A DNA stretch of 26,081 nucleotides, taken from a virus. Taxonomy: Duplodnaviria; Caudoviricetes. Under the pieces are notes generated by a model. That model saw only the letters and a program-made list of their open reading frames with translations, had not been told where the DNA came from and ran no database searches. Shown piece after piece: positions 15,169 through 24,953 of this stretch; position 1 is the first letter of the stretch; each line of letters opens with the position of its first letter. The stretch covers positions 1 to 26,081 of IMG/VR virus record IMGVR_UViG_3300011335_000415; one strand, 5' to 3'. Both the position numbers and the translations under genes were made by a program.

Positions 15169-15617
15169 AATTTAAGCTTTATGATGATATATACCAAAAT
15201 GCCAATTATAGCCAAAATTAGCCACTTTTTGTACTGGTAGCTAGTATGAGTAGCATTATCTAAAGATGTCTTGTAAAACCTTAAAGAATCAGCCATGATG
15301 GCTAATCTTCTTGTATCTACTATGTAGCCAGTTTTTACCTCTACTACTTTCTTAGTTTTATAGATAGTCTTGCCAGCTTCTTTTAATGTTATAACATTAT
15401 TTATAGTATCAAATTTATAATTTATTGTTGTATCATTATTATAAATTGTGTCAGATATAGTGATAAAGCTAGTATCATTAGCGCATGGCCTAGTCTTTTC
15501 TAATTCTCTAAAGATGCGCTCAGATGCTGCTGGATTGGCTAAGATGGTGCGCTCTGCCTTTTTTATAGGATTGCACGCTAATAAGAATAATAAAAAAATA
15601 ATGCTATTTTTTCCCAT
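15165..15617 (-). CDS. Lipoprotein, probable spanin
   Basis: MGKNSIIFLLFLLAC lipobox plus a C-terminal transmembrane helix WLILAIIGILVYIII; lies between holin and endolysin. Confidence 0.6.
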   Translation of the reverse strand: MGKNSIIFLLFLLACNPIKKAERTILANPAASERIFRELEKTRPCANDTSFITISDTIYNNDTTINYKFDTINNVITLKEAGKTIYKTKKVVEVKTGYIVDTRRLAIMADSLRFYKTSLDNATHTSYQYKKWLILAIIGILVYIIIKLKF

Positions 15618-15798
15618 ATCTCGTATCATGAGGATTAAGATAATTGATGATAATAGGTAGGATAGCTATCACTGCTGCTGAGATAATATCTTGCATAGCA
15701 ATCTCATAGATATTCCCTTTAGCTATGATCATAGTAAGTATGCCAGTTAAGGCTACTTTAAGCCATGATCCCCATATACTATTTAAGAACTTCATCAT
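15604..15798 (-). CDS. Probable holin
   Basis: Two hydrophobic helices and C-terminal LNPHDTRYGKK; MMK start at 15798; in the lysis cassette. Confidence 0.65.
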   Translation of the reverse strand: MMKFLNSIWGSWLKVALTGILTMIIAKGNIYEIAMQDIISAAVIAILPIIINYLNPHDTRYGKK

Positions 15799-15973
15799 CT
15801 CTTTGTACTTTCTTTGTGGCATTGTAATAGTAACGGATGGCCATAATACCAGATACAATAGCAACCAGTCCAGCTATTAAAGTTACAATCGGCTGGATAG
15901 TGGTGATGCTAACTATTGCACCTAATACGCTGATCCCAGCTCCTAAGTCTGCCTGGCTGCTATTGTGTGTCAT
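15779..15973 (-). CDS. Small membrane protein, holin-like
   Basis: Two hydrophobic segments and a charged C-terminus, in the lysis cassette. Confidence 0.6.
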   Translation of the reverse strand: MTHNSSQADLGAGISVLGAIVSITTIQPIVTLIAGLVAIVSGIMAIRYYYNATKKVQRDDEVLK

Positions 15974-15975
15974 GG

Positions 15976-16146
15976 TTAATCTTCTTTTTTTAAGTCTACT
16001 ACTGGAGCATCTATAGGGCCTTCTTTAGGCGCTTGCTCTTGTTGCAATTTGCCAAAAAACTCTAATAATGGCAAGCCGATCTCAGTAGGGATCTTGTTAA
16101 TAAATGCTCTTAGCTCTGCTAAGTTTTGCTCTGATAATGTAATCAT
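15976..16146 (-). CDS. Hypothetical 56-aa protein
   Basis: Hand-translated: MITLSEQNLAELRAFINKIPTEIGLPLLEFFGKLQQEQAPKEGPIDAPVVDLKKED*; fills the gap after the tail fibre. Confidence 0.7.
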   Translation of the reverse strand: MITLSEQNLAELRAFINKIPTEIGLPLLEFFGKLQQEQAPKEGPIDAPVVDLKKED

Positions 16147-16161
16147 ATAATTAAATTTTTA

Positions 16162-16169
16162 CAAATTTA
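16162..16169 (-). promoter_or_regulatory. Possible -7 promoter element for the lysis genes
   Basis: TAAATTTG overlapping the tail-fibre stop, ~15 nt upstream of ATG 16146. Confidence 0.35.
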
Positions 16170-19100
16170 GGATTTATTTTCTAATGCAGTTACTTTAGCT
16201 GATAATTCTTGAATAGCAGCTACTAATACTGGTATTAATTCTGTATATTTTACACTTAAATATTCAGTATCATCATTCTCATCAAATGATTTAGATAAAT
16301 CTATTACTTGAGGGAATACTTTTTCTACATCTTGTGCGATTAAACCTAAATTATGTTTTTTTGTAGCATCAGATTTCCAGCTATAATCAACGGCTCTTAT
16401 ACTTGATAATTTTTCAATTGCATTATCAATCATTCCGTTAATATTCTTTAATCTTTCATCAGAAAATGTACTCCAAGAGGTTGAGCCATTAGGTAAATAA
16501 ACTCCAGTAGTTGAATTTGTTATTGTAATCCTTCCACTTGTCGCATAATTAGCTAAACTTAAATCATAACTTTGAAAAGATCCTGATATTTGATTACCCT
16601 GACCTAAATACCTACCCTCATCATTTACACCAAATGCTATAAATTGTTTTACATAAGCTGTTGTATTTACAACAAATTGGTAGTTAGATGCATTTGTTGT
16701 AGTGCCTATTAATACATTACCCCCATCCGTAATCCTCATACTTTCGGTATATCCAACATTATTAGACCTTCTAAATACCAATGTTTGGTTTGTAGCAGAA
16801 GCACTATTTATTGCATCAATATAACCATACCCTCCAGATGGGAATATATCTATATATTGAGTAGTATCAGCAGTTCTTCTTATTCTTAGATCCCCTACAA
16901 TATCCATTTTAGCAGCTGGCGAACTTGTTCCTATACCTACATTGCCACCTGTAAAATTAAAATTACCACCACTAATATCGTTTTTAAATGCAAGGTTAGT
17001 CCCATCGTGCTGAATATACCCCCATCTTGTACCGCCACCGCTGTTTGAAAATCTTATATAAGAAGTATTTTGTAAATCAACATACGAACCTTGTGATATG
17101 ATGTTACCACCAGCCGTTACACTACTTGAGAATGTAGCAGCACCAGTAGAGGAGATTGTTAAAGCAGGTGCGTTATTTGCATAAATAAACACAGATTTTG
17201 TAGAAGGTGCTAATAAATATAAATCAGTTGCATTTGCATAAATACCATCACTTTGTAATTCAGTATAAATACTACCAGAGCCAGTTCTTCTAACATTACC
17301 ACTAAACGTAGCACTCGTTCCACTCAATGCTCCAGTAAGTGAGGTAGTTCCATTTACTTTGAATTTAAAACCACTAGCTGTGGTATCTCCAATAGCTATA
17401 CCTGTACCATCATCATATATTAAGCTATCCCCTATTGTACTTGCACCAGTAAACTTAGGTAGGTAGTTTGTTGTACCAGTACCAGTCACTGGATTAGTTA
17501 AAGCATTTTGCTTGCTATTAAATGTAGTCCAGTCTGTGCTAGATAAGAATCCAGACTGAGAGCCAGATGCTTGCTTCACCTGGATAGTTGTACCAGATCC
17601 TATCACTGCATTAGATCCACCAGTGATGGTAAGCACTGAGCTTGTACTCTCTGTTAAATTGCCAAATGTTAAAGCAGACTGCTTAGCATTGAATGTACTC
17701 CAGTCTGTGCTACTTAATGCACCATTTGCAGATGCACTAGCCAATCCTAAAGATAGCTGCTGAGTAGATAAGCTCAAACCATTAGCAGTGCCTAATGTTA
17801 CTGCACTATGTCTAGCAGCAGTATTAGCAGCTACATCTGTGTTAGCACTTACTCTACCCTCTGTATAGTATAAATTTGTACCCTCTGCTAAATCAGTAGT
17901 ACTCTTTGCTGCAAATGCAGTATTAAATCTACTTGCAGTATAATATAAATTTGTAGATCCCTCTGTAACTTGATCTGTATTATAGTCACCACTAGCAGCA
18001 GTCACTGCACCAGTGCGGCCAAATACACTACTTACACCAGTTACTAAAGCACCTACATTACCATTTAATTTTTGAATAGCAGTTAGCACACTATCACTTG
18101 ATGTGATTGCACCAGCGCCACTTGTATATCCAGTTAATGTAGAGCCTATCGCTCTAGCATTTGTAAAGTATAAATTACCACTCTCAGTCACATCACTAGT
18201 CACTAAACTCACTGCACCAGTATAACCATTTACTGAACTTACTGCATCTGTATTATCTACCTTATCCCATGTAGATCCGTTAAATATAATCCAGTCACCT
18301 ACTTTCCAATCTGTGATACCATTGATATTAGTAGATCCAGCTACAGACACTATATAGTAGTGACCTTTTGTACCTACGCTAGATGTAATGCTAGGAGTAT
18401 TAGTGCTAGCATTCCATGTACCCTGGTACATCACTCCACCTACTAAAGCACTGATCTGATTTTGCACCTTACCAAATGCGCCTAAGATTGTATCAGTATC
18501 AGCGATTGTACCACCACCAGTCAAATTTAATCCAGTTAGGACCTTACCAGTTACTGCACTATTTACCAAACTAGGGTTAGCATATGTACCAGATAACTCA
18601 CCACCAGCAGCTATGCCACTTATAGTAGTTAAGTAAGTATTAGTATCATAGCTGATCACACCAGCAGTAGACTTAACAAAGCCAGTACCACCTAGAGCAG
18701 CTTGCTTATTATTAAATGTATTCCAGTTAGCGCTTGTAAGTAATCCAGTAGTGCTAGTTGATGCAGTAGGAATTGCAGTCTGAGATGCAGCAGTCACTAA
18801 ACCTTTTGCATTCACCTGGATAGTAGGTACACTTGTACTTGTACCATATGATCCTACATTACTATTTACACTAGCTAAAGTCATAGTAGCACCGCTACCA
18901 ATCACTGCGCCAGTTCCACCACTTACACTAATATCACTACTAGTTAAATTTCCAGTAGTAAGTGCAGCTTGTTTAGAATTAAATGTATTCCAATCAGTAC
19001 TACTTAAATATCCATTGCTAGATGTACCAGCTTGAGATATACTTACCACACCACTTACCTCACTAATTGGAGCAATAGCACTAATAGCATTATGTACTCT

Positions 19101-19535
19101 AGCATCTGTATAGTAAAGATTTGTACCCTCAGCTAAATTAGATGTACTCTTAGCTGCTAAAGCATTATCAAATCTTGTTTGTGTATAATATAAATTTGAT
19201 CCTTCTGTAACTTGAGATGTAGTATAATCACCAGTCTGTGCAGTTACTGCACCAGTTCTACCAAATACGCTAGTCACTGGATTATCTTCTGAGCTATTCA
19301 CCCACGCTGATCCATTATATTTTAACACTTGCCCACTCGCTGGAGCAGCAATAGTTACACCGCTTAATTGATCTAATGTATAATCTCCCTCTTGAGCTAC
19401 CACATTGCCTACTCTACCAAACACTGAGTACACATTATTAGGCAAAGGATAAGCACCAGTTTGTACCTGGATATTAACTATATTATTAGTTACATTTACC
19501 TCTATTATCTGATCTGTTACATTTACTATCTCCAT
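16167..19535 (-). CDS. Tail fibre with C-terminal intramolecular chaperone (peptidase S74)
   Basis: G/S/T-rich repetitive shaft, GNVGIGT repeats, SDERLKNI...GLIAQDVEKVFP...YTELIPVLVAAIQEL and a terminal coiled coil. Confidence 0.9.
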   Translation of the reverse strand: MEIVNVTDQIIEVNVTNNIVNIQVQTGAYPLPNNVYSVFGRVGNVVAQEGDYTLDQLSGVTIAAPASGQVLKYNGSAWVNSSEDNPVTSVFGRTGAVTAQTGDYTTSQVTEGSNLYYTQTRFDNALAAKSTSNLAEGTNLYYTDARVHNAISAIAPISEVSGVVSISQAGTSSNGYLSSTDWNTFNSKQAALTTGNLTSSDISVSGGTGAVIGSGATMTLASVNSNVGSYGTSTSVPTIQVNAKGLVTAASQTAIPTASTSTTGLLTSANWNTFNNKQAALGGTGFVKSTAGVISYDTNTYLTTISGIAAGGELSGTYANPSLVNSAVTGKVLTGLNLTGGGTIADTDTILGAFGKVQNQISALVGGVMYQGTWNASTNTPSITSSVGTKGHYYIVSVAGSTNINGITDWKVGDWIIFNGSTWDKVDNTDAVSSVNGYTGAVSLVTSDVTESGNLYFTNARAIGSTLTGYTSGAGAITSSDSVLTAIQKLNGNVGALVTGVSSVFGRTGAVTAASGDYNTDQVTEGSTNLYYTASRFNTAFAAKSTTDLAEGTNLYYTEGRVSANTDVAANTAARHSAVTLGTANGLSLSTQQLSLGLASASANGALSSTDWSTFNAKQSALTFGNLTESTSSVLTITGGSNAVIGSGTTIQVKQASGSQSGFLSSTDWTTFNSKQNALTNPVTGTGTTNYLPKFTGASTIGDSLIYDDGTGIAIGDTTASGFKFKVNGTTSLTGALSGTSATFSGNVRRTGSGSIYTELQSDGIYANATDLYLLAPSTKSVFIYANNAPALTISSTGAATFSSSVTAGGNIISQGSYVDLQNTSYIRFSNSGGGTRWGYIQHDGTNLAFKNDISGGNFNFTGGNVGIGTSSPAAKMDIVGDLRIRRTADTTQYIDIFPSGGYGYIDAINSASATNQTLVFRRSNNVGYTESMRITDGGNVLIGTTTNASNYQFVVNTTAYVKQFIAFGVNDEGRYLGQGNQISGSFQSYDLSLANYATSGRITITNSTTGVYLPNGSTSWSTFSDERLKNINGMIDNAIEKLSSIRAVDYSWKSDATKKHNLGLIAQDVEKVFPQVIDLSKSFDENDDTEYLSVKYTELIPVLVAAIQELSAKVTALENKS

Positions 19536-19906
19536 TATGGCTTAGTTATATCTTCTTGAACAAAAAATGTACCCCAAATATATGTCTTAACCTCTCCACT
19601 AGGGAAATGCACATTCATATCATATACATAAGATCCAGCAGCAATATCTACTACTTTATTCAATGTGATCTGATTTGTATCTACACCACCTATTGAGATA
19701 GTTCCTTCTGTAGTGCTTAATGTTAAGGCAGCAGTAGGCGCATCTGCGCTAGTCCTAACTTGTACCACTATAGTACAACCAGTTAAATCTATAGGGGTAG
19801 TATCTGCTAAAAGCGCAAAAGTTTGCGCCCAGCTATCATTCCTCCATATCTTAATATTATATTGCGCTGGCCTTAAATCAGCGCTTGTACTTGTATTGCA
19901 GCTCAT
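19535..19906 (-). CDS. Tail-fibre adaptor / BppU-N-like beta-sandwich protein
   Basis: PIDLTGCT..QVR, G.YVYDM, TYIWGTF.V..DIT pattern; directly upstream of the fibre gene. Confidence 0.55.
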   Translation of the reverse strand: MSCNTSTSADLRPAQYNIKIWRNDSWAQTFALLADTTPIDLTGCTIVVQVRTSADAPTAALTLSTTEGTISIGGVDTNQITLNKVVDIAAGSYVYDMNVHFPSGEVKTYIWGTFFVQEDITKP

Positions 19907-19924
19907 GATTATATATATATTTTT

Positions 19925-20359
19925 TTAGTTAGTAGGCATGTCACATGCATCAAAATCAGAATAAGTAGTCATTTGAAAGGTTACCTCTACACCACTCAAA
20001 TAGTCCTCAAATTTATCTAAGATCACATTATAGGTAATATTATCATCAATAGTCCATGGATTTGCACCATTCCTTAACTTGCTGATTATATCTGCACACA
20101 CTTGCAATCTATCACTAGCCACATCTGCCTCAAATTCAGCCTCCATTCCAGCTTTATCTAAAAACCATAATGTAACGCTATATACTTGCTCTCTGCCTAC
20201 ATTTAGGCTACCACTATTAATGGCAAAGCAAGAGATAGGATAGGTAGGCTGATTATCTACAAATATCCATTCTCTTGGAGTCGCATTTTTTACGCTGCTG
20301 ATCATTGCATGAGATTCCAGCAATGTTCTTAGCTCCTTTATTACTTGATTGTAAGTCAT
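19925..20359 (-). CDS. Probable head-tail joining / tail-terminator-like protein
   Basis: 144-aa ORF in the morphogenesis operon; function inferred from size and position. Confidence 0.5.
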   Translation of the reverse strand: MTYNQVIKELRTLLESHAMISSVKNATPREWIFVDNQPTYPISCFAINSGSLNVGREQVYSVTLWFLDKAGMEAEFEADVASDRLQVCADIISKLRNGANPWTIDDNITYNVILDKFEDYLSGVEVTFQMTTYSDFDACDMPTN

Positions 20360-20394
20360 AAAATTTCTGCTTTACTTTGTCTAAAAATTCCCTT

Positions 20395-20964
20395 TTATAA
20401 CTTCTTGATTTCACATGGGTAGTCATAATTAGATACTATTCGTTTACCTTTACGGCCTAAAAATATAGGAGATGTATAAGCTTGCATTTGTGGAGCTATT
20501 GTGTCAAGCTCCATCACTCCAGATAAATACTGAGGATAGTCTTGCTGATTTGCTCTTAAAAAGTCTATTAATCTTTGCTTATAAAACTCACCATTTGATA
20601 TATATCTTCTCTCTAATAATTCAAGCTGGCCTTTTGATGGGGCATTACTCTCCTCACTAGTCTTTTGAAATACTCCCTTACTGAAAAAGTGAAAGCTTGT
20701 TAATGTTACAAGTTCACCCATAGTAAACCATAATAAGGTGTCTGCTATGTAGTTATTCATTAAGTCTAGCTCTTGCAAGTTTAGATCATCATTATCTACA
20801 CCAGCTTGCAATCTATTATAAAGATTAGATCCTAATGCTGGTAAGATGTATTTATCTTGAGCCAATTTTATCACTGGCTTTAATTGCTTACCATCAATGC
20901 CAGGACTTATAGCAGTTCTGCTTTTTATAAAATCCTCATTGATAAAATTGATATTTAAGCTCAT
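20395..20964 (-). CDS. Probable head-tail adaptor (neck) protein
   Basis: Helical 189-aa protein (AQDKYILPALGSNLYNRL) directly after the portal. Confidence 0.55.
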   Translation of the reverse strand: MSLNINFINEDFIKSRTAISPGIDGKQLKPVIKLAQDKYILPALGSNLYNRLQAGVDNDDLNLQELDLMNNYIADTLLWFTMGELVTLTSFHFFSKGVFQKTSEESNAPSKGQLELLERRYISNGEFYKQRLIDFLRANQQDYPQYLSGVMELDTIAPQMQAYTSPIFLGRKGKRIVSNYDYPCEIKKL

Positions 20965-20968
20965 GTTA

Positions 20969-22954
20969 CTATTTTTTTCTTGTTACTATTTTAACTTCCC
21001 ATCTATGTCTGCAATATGGTCTGTGAGTACCATCTGGCTGAGTAAACCATCCACCTCTTCTATCCCATACTGAGTAGCCTAAGCGCTCGCTAATATTCTC
21101 TATGTCTGCTCTGCTCCATAGCTTAGTCTCTGCAAGCTTTAGCATCCTAGCACAGAAAGGTCTATTTTTATCATCCTTTGGCCCAGCATAAGTATATCTT
21201 AATAGGACCTCAGTAGTGGTAGCCTTATCACCTCCTGGGATCTTAACCAATGGTTTAACCAGTTTGCTTACTAAAGGCTTGTATTTTGGATTTAAGATAT
21301 TTAACTCAGTACCTATAATCTTCAAATATCCTTCAGCTTCTAAAGCAGATATAGCAGTATTAATTACTTCTACATCTCTATTTAATACTTTAGCCAGTAC
21401 CTCTGGTGTGATTCTTTTATCTTTACTTGTTAAGTCTAAGATATTTGCCTTTAACTTATCCAGCTCAGCATCAGCGAAAAAATGGAAATCTTTTGCTTCA
21501 TGAGTACTCACCACCTCAAAATCTTCTACATTATCACCACACGCTGCAAACTCTCCTATTAGCACATCATCTTGCATGGCGCTAAATGCCTCCTCAGTCT
21601 TAGGATCATCATCAATACCTAAAAAGGTATTCACATCTGCATCACTAAATCCAAAGCCACTTTTTAGCATTAGGCTAGCTTGCTGCTTATTAATCTTACC
21701 AGATCCAAACTGGCGCACTATACGCATTACATTCTGATATTGTCTACCAGTCAAATTCTTAATAGCATCATTAGCTTCTGCCATTGGAGTAGCTTGAGGC
21801 ACTCCACTAGCTGGCGCACTAGCCATATCTGGCTGCAAACCTAGCTTCTCTCTAATCTCATCTCTAGTCATATTAGCAGACATAATAGCCTCGCTAAATT
21901 CAAAGCTTAGAGGCTCTACTGGTACTATTTTCCACTCACCAGCTATACCAGCCATATTCATTAACTTTGTGAAAGTCTTTTCATGCTCTTGCTGGCGCTC
22001 GTTTACATAAGTATTTTGAAATATCTGATAAGCATCTCTGATCTCATTTCTTGCTCCTAATTGGCCCTCAGTCTTGATACCGAATAAAGTAGGACTAGTC
22101 ACCTGGTGGCAAGCAAAAATCTCTTGCTGGATCAGATTATTAATATTAGTAAAATCTTCTTTTGTTAAGTTTGTATCACCTAGATCCACAATATCCACTG
22201 CATTCTCCCTAGAAGGATTAAATGCAATTACCACTCTATCCCCATCATGATTAGCAAACTTCTTTTTTAAATCCATCTCCACCTCTGCTTGCTCCTCTTC
22301 TTGAGGTAAGCCATTGTTAAAATTGATAAGCTTAGTAGCTACAAAGTTTTTCTTAGCATTACCTAAAATATGTCTACTTACCTGGATATCACTCTCAATA
22401 TAATTAAGGCCCTGGAAATAGCTAGGCAAAGGATATACATCTGATTTAGGATTGTATTGCTTTACAAATAAAATCTGAGCGCCTTTCTTATTGTTAGGAT
22501 CAAACGCTGGATATTCTCTAGGCTTCTCTTTAAAGTCTGATTTGCTCCAGTCATCTTTAACATAGAAAGTTCTCATATCCTTAGATACTCTTACCTTCTG
22601 AAATTCAATGTGATATACATCTGCTATATTGCCTAATGTATTATAGATTACTTGCAAATAAAATCCACCATGTAGCTCATCATCTAAGATAGAGCGCTTC
22701 ATGATCTGATTCCAGCTTTCACCTTTTGTATTAGCTGCTTTTGGTACACCTTCAAAACCCTTACCATAGATGTAGTTAAGCTTACCTTTAATGATTGCTC
22801 CATGCTTTGGAGATTCACCATAAAGGCTAATAAGATAATTAGAGTAGTCATTCTTTGCACCAAACTCTACATAGTTGCGCCCTTTCTTCTCTTCAAAGAT
22901 TGGCTGCTCTGCCTGGTCAAATTCTACCCTTACAAATTGATATTTACTGCTCAC
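20969..22954 (-). CDS. Portal protein with C-terminal extension (HTH plus MuF-like domain)
   Basis: SPKHGAII..K, YPLPSY, IFACHQVTSPTLFGI..GQLG portal-type motifs; tail YAGPKD..RPFC...GG...CRHRW. Likely start is GTG at 22954. Confidence 0.8.
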   Translation of the reverse strand: MSSKYQFVRVEFDQAEQPIFEEKKGRNYVEFGAKNDYSNYLISLYGESPKHGAIIKGKLNYIYGKGFEGVPKAANTKGESWNQIMKRSILDDELHGGFYLQVIYNTLGNIADVYHIEFQKVRVSKDMRTFYVKDDWSKSDFKEKPREYPAFDPNNKKGAQILFVKQYNPKSDVYPLPSYFQGLNYIESDIQVSRHILGNAKKNFVATKLINFNNGLPQEEEQAEVEMDLKKKFANHDGDRVVIAFNPSRENAVDIVDLGDTNLTKEDFTNINNLIQQEIFACHQVTSPTLFGIKTEGQLGARNEIRDAYQIFQNTYVNERQQEHEKTFTKLMNMAGIAGEWKIVPVEPLSFEFSEAIMSANMTRDEIREKLGLQPDMASAPASGVPQATPMAEANDAIKNLTGRQYQNVMRIVRQFGSGKINKQQASLMLKSGFGFSDADVNTFLGIDDDPKTEEAFSAMQDDVLIGEFAACGDNVEDFEVVSTHEAKDFHFFADAELDKLKANILDLTSKDKRITPEVLAKVLNRDVEVINTAISALEAEGYLKIIGTELNILNPKYKPLVSKLVKPLVKIPGGDKATTTEVLLRYTYAGPKDDKNRPFCARMLKLAETKLWSRADIENISERLGYSVWDRRGGWFTQPDGTHRPYCRHRWEVKIVTRKK

Positions 22955-23318
22955 AATTATATGATTTAAATTCGTTACAATTTCCAGCATATTCTACTGG
23001 TGTGTCTATGCAGGCTTCATGCAAATACATAAAGCCTTCCTCTACTACATTCCCACTCAATGTCTCATCCACATTTGTGGCACTAGCTTGCTCTCTAATC
23101 TTGTATCTCCAGGTGCCAGGCTCGCTTCTATTAAATTTAACTTTAGGTACAAGTACTTTTTGATACCTATTATCTGTGCTTATATTCGTTCCTACAAATT
23201 TAACTATTTTATCATTAGCACTGGTGAAAATGAATAAATATTTTGGATTAGTCAATGTAGCCAATTCTAGGCCAGTGAAAATAATATTTTGATCTACTCC
23301 TTTTGTGATATGTATCAT
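22944..23318 (-). CDS. Hypothetical structural protein
   Basis: 124-aa beta-rich ORF in the morphogenesis operon. Confidence 0.65.
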   Translation of the reverse strand: MIHITKGVDQNIIFTGLELATLTNPKYLFIFTSANDKIVKFVGTNISTDNRYQKVLVPKVKFNRSEPGTWRYKIREQASATNVDETLSGNVVEEGFMYLHEACIDTPVEYAGNCNEFKSYNCEQ

Positions 23319-23331
23319 CTTCTATAAATTT

Positions 23332-23361
23332 AAAAACCCTACCCACTTCTAGTAGGTAGGG
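23332..23361 (-). terminator. Intrinsic terminator
   Basis: Minus strand CCCTACCTACT-AGA-AGTGGGTAGGG (one G-T pair) followed by T5. Confidence 0.75.
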
Positions 23362-23394
23362 CATAATAAATAACTGCTTTTACTAATAAAAAGA

Positions 23395-23913
23395 TTAACC
23401 AGCAGTCTCAAGCGCTGCACCTACACTAGCGCTTACTTGTAAGAAATCATCTGGCTCTACACCAGTCAAAGTAATATTGTATCCGTTACGATCACCAGCA
23501 GCAGTACCAGATCCACTTTCAGTAGATGCTAAGTATAAACCTCTAGCCTTTCCGTACATTCTATAATTGCCATCCATATCTAAAGTTACTACCATTAACT
23601 TATTTTTTGCTAATGTTCTCACGATATTTGCAGTAGTGCTATCTCTCTTATTAAGAGGTAATACAACCTGGTGAGTATAGAAAATAGATCCGTTCTCTTC
23701 AGATGCAGTAGCATTAGAAGATGTATTTGCAGTTGCTCTAGGCACTTCAAATTTATAAAAACGCTTACCAGTTACTTTAGTGATACCAGTTACTAAACCA
23801 CTCACCTCAGCAATGCTGGAAATGTTGCCAAACTCAGCAACATATACGGCAGTCACACCACCGATATTCTCTCGGCAATCAATTGAATAGCCACTTGTTA
23901 TTGCACATGCCAT
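23395..23913 (-). CDS. Major tail-tube-like or capsid-associated structural protein
   Basis: MAC.ITSG...C..NIGG, ENGSIFYT and GTAAGDRNGYNITLTG.E motifs; directly after the capsid gene and has its own terminator. Confidence 0.6.
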   Translation of the reverse strand: MACAITSGYSIDCRENIGGVTAVYVAEFGNISSIAEVSGLVTGITKVTGKRFYKFEVPRATANTSSNATASEENGSIFYTHQVVLPLNKRDSTTANIVRTLAKNKLMVVTLDMDGNYRMYGKARGLYLASTESGSGTAAGDRNGYNITLTGVEPDDFLQVSASVGAALETAG

Positions 23914-23927
23914 GTTAAAAAAAGTTT

Positions 23928-23960
23928 AAAAAAAAGGTGGTGTTTTTTTCACCACCCTTT
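23928..23960 (-). terminator. Intrinsic terminator after major capsid gene
   Basis: Minus strand GGTGGTG-AAAAAAA-CACCACC followed by T8. Confidence 0.8.
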
Positions 23961-23977
23961 CTTGATTAATATTTAGA

Positions 23978-24937
23978 TTAGATTGTAGATTTGAACTTCA
24001 CACACATTTGTGTATAAGCTACACCTACTCCTAATTTGAATGCTACTCTGTATCTTACCTCATTGAAATCTTGAGAATACCAGATTTTGTAGTTTTCCTC
24101 TTCTGCTTCTAAATCAAAAGCCATAGCGATATTTGATAAAGTTGTAGCATAGATATCACCAGTACCATTCAACCCGTTTACTGCTACTAATTCTACATTA
24201 GTACCTGGGATTATGAATGTTTGAGCTGCTTGAGCATCTACTTTATAATTGTATAAGTTTAAAGCTTGATAAGCTAATACTGCTAATCTGTATGTATCAT
24301 TACCTACAAATACTTTTAAATCATCTGCATCTACGATCTCTACTGGAACTGCCTTATAAACTGCATTCAATACACTTACTACATTAGAAGCAGTGATTTG
24401 AGAGATAGGGCCACCAGAAACATAACCAGATACATTCGCATTTACTGGAGATCCAGCATCAATGATTTTCATTAAACCATCAAAACGCTTCAAGTTCTCA
24501 GAAGAACTATCTGTGTCACCTTGCCATAAACCAATCTCTAATTGCTTAGCGATCATCTTATTTTTTTGCTCAGTGAATTTTGTAGAAAATTCTGCCCATC
24601 CGAAATCTTCATAAGTAGATCCAGCTTTTAAAGCTTCTTGAGTAAAGTAAGCTTCAAAATCTTTAGTACAGATTGCTTCTTCTACTTTAATTTTACCTAC
24701 TGCGATAGTAGCTTGAGAGATAGTAGTAGTACCACTTGCATTCCATCCACAAGCATCAGCTTGGAAGTTAGCTAATGTAGCTAATTTAGGTACTGCTACG
24801 CTTGATTTAGTCTTAGGTAATAAGATACCACCAGACTTGATCAAAGATTGTGTTTTAGCAGAGAATACTGCTTCAGTCAATAAAGGCGCAATGTCTTGTT
24901 TGGTATACGCACTTATTCCAGAAAATGATAATGCCAT
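23978..24937 (-). CDS. Major capsid protein
   Basis: 319 aa, follows protease and scaffold, strongly biased codon use and a downstream terminator; LWQGD and FDGL motifs. Confidence 0.8.
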   Translation of the reverse strand: MALSFSGISAYTKQDIAPLLTEAVFSAKTQSLIKSGGILLPKTKSSVAVPKLATLANFQADACGWNASGTTTISQATIAVGKIKVEEAICTKDFEAYFTQEALKAGSTYEDFGWAEFSTKFTEQKNKMIAKQLEIGLWQGDTDSSSENLKRFDGLMKIIDAGSPVNANVSGYVSGGPISQITASNVVSVLNAVYKAVPVEIVDADDLKVFVGNDTYRLAVLAYQALNLYNYKVDAQAAQTFIIPGTNVELVAVNGLNGTGDIYATTLSNIAMAFDLEAEEENYKIWYSQDFNEVRYRVAFKLGVGVAYTQMCVKFKSTI

Positions 24938-24953
24938 TTTATTTAATTTTTAA

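Noticed and set aside
20255-20414. Overlapping minus-strand ORF starting at GTG 20414 (VKSRSYKREFLDKVKQKFY...)
   Set aside because: Mostly overlaps the 19925-20359 gene in another frame and has no independent support.
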